Shown piece by piece: positions 53,475 to 64,000 of a DNA stretch of 64,000 bases (positions within the stretch are counted from its first letter, which is position 1; each line of letters starts with the position of its first letter). The translations under genes were made by a program, and so were the position numbers. The notes beneath the pieces are model-generated. The model searched no databases, was not told the DNA's origin, and saw only the letters and a program-made list of their open reading frames with translations. The DNA is from the human T2T-CHM13v2.0 reference genome, Homo sapiens. The stretch lies in the NCBI RefSeq assembly GCF_009914755.1, contig NC_060937.1; one strand, 5' to 3'.

Positions 53475-54204
53475 ATGTGTATAATGTGATCCATTAAAAA
53501 ACACACACACTTTACTTATTTGTGTACATTTGAATGAGTGTGGAGCAGGGTGGGAAAGGATGCACCCAAGATATCAATATTGGTCATCTTAGTGGATAGT
53601 AACACAGCAAGAACAAGGAGAGCATCTTTACTTTGTATGTCTACTTTAAAGTTGTTGTGCATATTACTGCATGCATTTTGGGGGATTAAAGAATAATATA
53701 ATAAAGAAAAAGTAAAGGAAGAAAATGAAATTTGATAAAACTGTAAGAAGAAATTGCTCAGAAAGTGTTGGGTTCTAAAAATTATTCAAGGAAGAGATAA
53801 TTCCAACATTATAAAAACTATTACAGAGTAGAAAAAATGGAAATCTTCTAACATAATTTTTGGAGGCTAGATTTACCATGGTACTAAAACTAGAAAGGAA
53901 AACTAGAGGCCAATTTCAATCGCAATTGACCGTCCCTTCAAAAAAAATCCAAAATAAAACATTAACAAACTGACTCAAGTTATTAAAAAGATAAGACAAG
54001 GTAGTCAAATTAAATTATCCAGTAATTGAAGGTAGCTTCACATTAGAAAATCTATTAATATAATACTAACCTTAACAGATTAAAGGAGAAACTATAAATG
54101 CTGAAAAATAATTGTATAAAATTCAACAATTCCTTTTTTTTTTTAAAGAAAAATAAAGGCTCTTTAGTAAGTTGGGAATATACAGACCCTTCCTTCAACT
54201 GATG

Positions 54205-54575
54205 TACCATGCTGGCTGTATTCCCTGGGCCCGTAAGTTCCAGTTTTCATTCATCTGCAGAGACCCTGGCAAAGGTTTCTACTCTCCTGGTGGGTCCTCT
54301 GGTTTCCTCCTGAAACTAACAGGAACCTCACCAAGAAGCTGGAGGAAAGAGGAGAGTGGGTCAGGGTATTTGTTTCTGGATCTCCTCCCTGCAAGGTCAC
54401 CTGAGTAGTTGCTGGAGCTCTCAAGGCAGTGGACTCCACAGACTCTTCCTTCTGCGTTCTGGCACGTGTTCCCTCCTCAACCCTCTCCCTTAGAGGTGTT
54501 GGAAGTGCAGCTGCTCCTGAGCCCTGGATTGCTTCTCTATCCCTTGTGGTACCCTTTACCTGAACCTTTGTCAAT
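54205..54575 (+). mobile_element. Ancient ERVL-type LTR (LTR16/LTR33-like); 3' end probably continues at about 55975-56040
   Basis: GC-richer block with ggaggaaagaggagagtgggtcagggtatttgttt, resembling LTR33/LTR16; weak recall-based match. Confidence 0.4.
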
Positions 54576-54576
54576 A

Positions 54577-55969
54577 CAGCAAATTCTTGTTATTGGAGGT
54601 AGATGTGTACTACAAAATCATTACAAACACTGAATTAACAAATACCAAATCATCACTCCTAGAGGAAATACAAGGTTAGGTACCTGTGAGCCTCTGGTCA
54701 AATATTTTCATTAACCAATTGATACATAACCTTGCTTTCTATGTGTTTCTTACACATATTTAATCTATATCATTGACTCATTAACATTGAACTTACAGCC
54801 AACAGCACTATAACTCATGCCTGAATGAAGCTTCTCCAACACACCTATTTTCTCCTTAAGGCACATCATAGCCTTTGAGGACTAAACTCTGACTTTTTTT
54901 TTTTATCTTGCAGAAACTCCTATCTAAGGAGTCTGGGGAATCATGTCCTACAAACCACAAATTCTCATCAGATGGGTTTTATTTAACCTTGTATATCGTG
55001 ATTTATTTTCCAATGTAACTCTGGAATAACAAGAAAGAAAATCAAAATGTTCTATTCCAAAACATGTTTCTCTGCCATATCTTAAACTTGCCCTGCAAAG
55101 TGTCTTGTGGGAAAATCTACATTCTATAGAGAATCCCCTTTGTTTTCCTTCCTTCCTTTCCAAATCCAGGAGATAATCAACCAAGAGTCAGGCACGCTTT
55201 TAAGTCCAATAAGAAACATTTTACAATCTGCTGTCTCTAAAGTCTGCTATCTGAGAGCTTCCTCTGCACAACAAAACTTGGTCTCCACAATCCTTTATCT
55301 TAACCTGAACATTTCTTTTCTATTGATCCCAGGTCTTCCAGTAAACTCAACAAATTGTCAACCAGAAAATGTTTAAATTTACCTATAGCCTGGAAGCCCC
55401 CACTTTGAGTTGTCCCACCTTTCTGAACCAAACCAATGTATTTCTTAAATGTTTTGATTCATGTCTCATGCCTCCCAAAAGTATATAAAACCAAGCTATA
55501 CCCCAACCACCTTGGCACATGTTCTCAGGACCTCCTGAGAGCTGTGTCATGGGCCATGGTCACTCATATTTGGCTCAGAATAAATCTCTTAAAATATTTT
55601 ACAGAGTTTGACTCTTTTCGTCAACAACTTCTTTCACTAAATAGACAGCACCTCAGCAATGTGTTTCGGGGCCATTTTAAACAGAAAAATCACAAGAAAA
55701 AGCACAGAAATTCAAAACATGTGGTACTAGATAAACCACGAAAAAATGCATGCTTACTTATGAGAGCTTAAACAACAAGGCAGATGTCGCCTTGTTTGAC
55801 ATCAGCTAGGAAGATGCACTTTGGTGACTCCATTTGTTTTTCACCATTCTGTGTATTAATGTTCATGAATTACTGAGAAAGTAAGGTGGTTATTGGTAAT
55901 AGGGTTACAAATAAATTTTAACAAGTAGGTAAATTTGCAAATATAGAATCGTGAATAATGAGGATCTAC
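54577..55969 (-). mobile_element. MER82 (TcMar-Tigger), split by a MER4 LTR
   Basis: ctcctagaggaaatacaaggttagg...aacagcactataactcatgcctgaatgaagctt...ggggccattttaaacag...gtgaataatgaggatctact. Confidence 0.78.
54876..55626 (+). mobile_element. Solo ERV1 LTR, MER4 family (MER4D/E-like)
   Basis: TGAGGACTAAACTCTGA...AATAAATCTCTTAAAATATTTTACAGAGTTTGACTCTTTTCGTCAACA; TATA-like gtatataaaa near 55481. Confidence 0.82.
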
Positions 55970-56416
55970 TCTTTATAAACAAACTCTTCTCAGATTATGC
56001 TATTTCAAAATGTTATCAATTTCTTATTTGGAGTCTGATGTAATAGGTATATATGACAGAAACCTATTGCAAATACCATAATAAATGATGAAAAATTAGA
56101 AGCATTACTATTAATGGAACAAGGAAAGGCTGCTGCGTCATTCACTGTGCTGGACATCCTTGGCCAATGTGATAAGGAAAAAACAAAAACATGAATATTG
56201 ACAAGAAAAACCAAAAATGTATTTGATTTAGAATGATATAATTATCTACCCATGAAGTCCAAGAAAATAAATTAAAACCCTATTTAACATATAAATGTGA
56301 ATGTGAATGCATATAAAATCAACATATGAAAAGTAATAGCTTCTCAATTTGCTTACCAAAACCATTAGAAATTGAAAAAATAATTGCATTTACACCACCA
56401 ATAAAACCTCTAAAAT

Positions 56417-56729
<313 letters not shown>

Positions 56730-57965
56730 CCTCTAAAATTCCTAGGAATAATAAGCAAAATATAACACTCATAAGGATAAAAAAAACTTATTAAAGAAAA
56801 AACTGAATAAATGGAGAGTTATATCACGTTCCTAATTTGGATGACTCAATATTTTAAAAAGGTCAATTGTCCCCAAATTAATCTATAAATTCTTTGCAAT
56901 ACCACTCAAAACCTCCTCCCCATCTCAAATCTTACAACACATGTCAAATGGTTTTACATTTTTATTTGGAAGAGAACATGTACCAGACCAGCAAAGTCTA
57001 TTTTGAAATAGGAGACTAAGGAGGCTATCAAAGTACACTATAAGTTATAATAATTTAAAAAGTGTGACATAAGGGGGGAAATAAAGAAATCAATGGAACA
57101 TAATTTAGAGTCTAGAAACAGACCTATGTATATATAGAAATTTAGTAAATGACAAAGGTCGCACTTGGGACCAGTAAGTAAAAAATTCAATAAATGGTGT
57201 TGGAAAATAAATGGTGCAAGAAGGTATTTGCAACATATATAATATGAGACTAAGAATGAATATACAGAATATATAATCAATTCCTACAGATCAGTAAGAG
57301 AAAATGCAAAAGAAAAGTGGACAAAGATTCTGAAAAGACAATTTAGAGGAAAACATGCAAATGACCAGCAATGGAAGGAAAAGATCCTCAATTTCAAAGC
57401 AATCAGAGAAATGCAAATTAGAGCAGCAATGAGATATCACTTCCACCCATCAGTTTGGCAAAAACGGAAGAGACTGATCTTAGCAAGCATTAATGAGGAA
57501 GTGGGGAAACAGTATTTTCCTGCATTATAAGTGGCACAGCTCTTTTGAGGTACAACATGGCAGTAGAAATTAAAATGTTAAATATACATACCAGATGATC
57601 CAAAAATCCACTTCTAGTTATCTAATGTGGAGAAATACTTGCATATAAACTTGAAATATTGATTGTAGCAGTGAAAAAATTGGAAACCAACTTAAATGTC
57701 TATTAAGAGTGGTTAAATAATCTGTTATACTTTTATACTATGGCTCATTGTGGCAATTTTTAAAAAGCTTGATCAATATATATGAGCACTGAAATATATC
57801 TAAGACATATACTGTTAAATTTAAAAAGCATATTGTTGGGAAATACCATGTTATGTAATATACTATGCTAAATTTAAAAATCTACACAAAACTGTTTACT
57901 TCTATTTTTGCCTATGTTGGTATCTATGTAAACACATTTTAAAATATCTGTAAGAATACACCCCA

Positions 57966-64000
<6,035 letters not shown>

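Overview
Human (primate) genomic DNA made almost entirely of transposable elements. No host protein-coding gene, RNA gene or CRISPR array is recognisable. The centrepiece is a human-specific L1HS Ta-1d element on the minus strand (34295-40304). It has intact ORF1 (338 aa), ORF2 (1275 aa) and antisense ORF0 (71 aa), a perfect 14-bp target-site duplication (TSD) and a canonical TT/AAAA endonuclease site. It lacks the first 31 nt of the 5'UTR, including the YY1 site, and carries one extra 5' G. Around it are older nested L1s (L1PB1-like; an L1PA10/11-like element interrupted by a full-length L1PA7-like element with a short 3' transduction; L1M relics) and an in-register old/young chimeric L1 from 57966 to the window end. 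There are also about 20 Alu copies or fragments including an AluYb8, several solo LTRs, DNA transposon relics and simple repeats. Subfamily names come from recalled consensus sequences and were not computed. I found no wholly new biological system. The strongest leads are the YY1-less intact L1HS, the chimeric L1 and the rearrangement scars.
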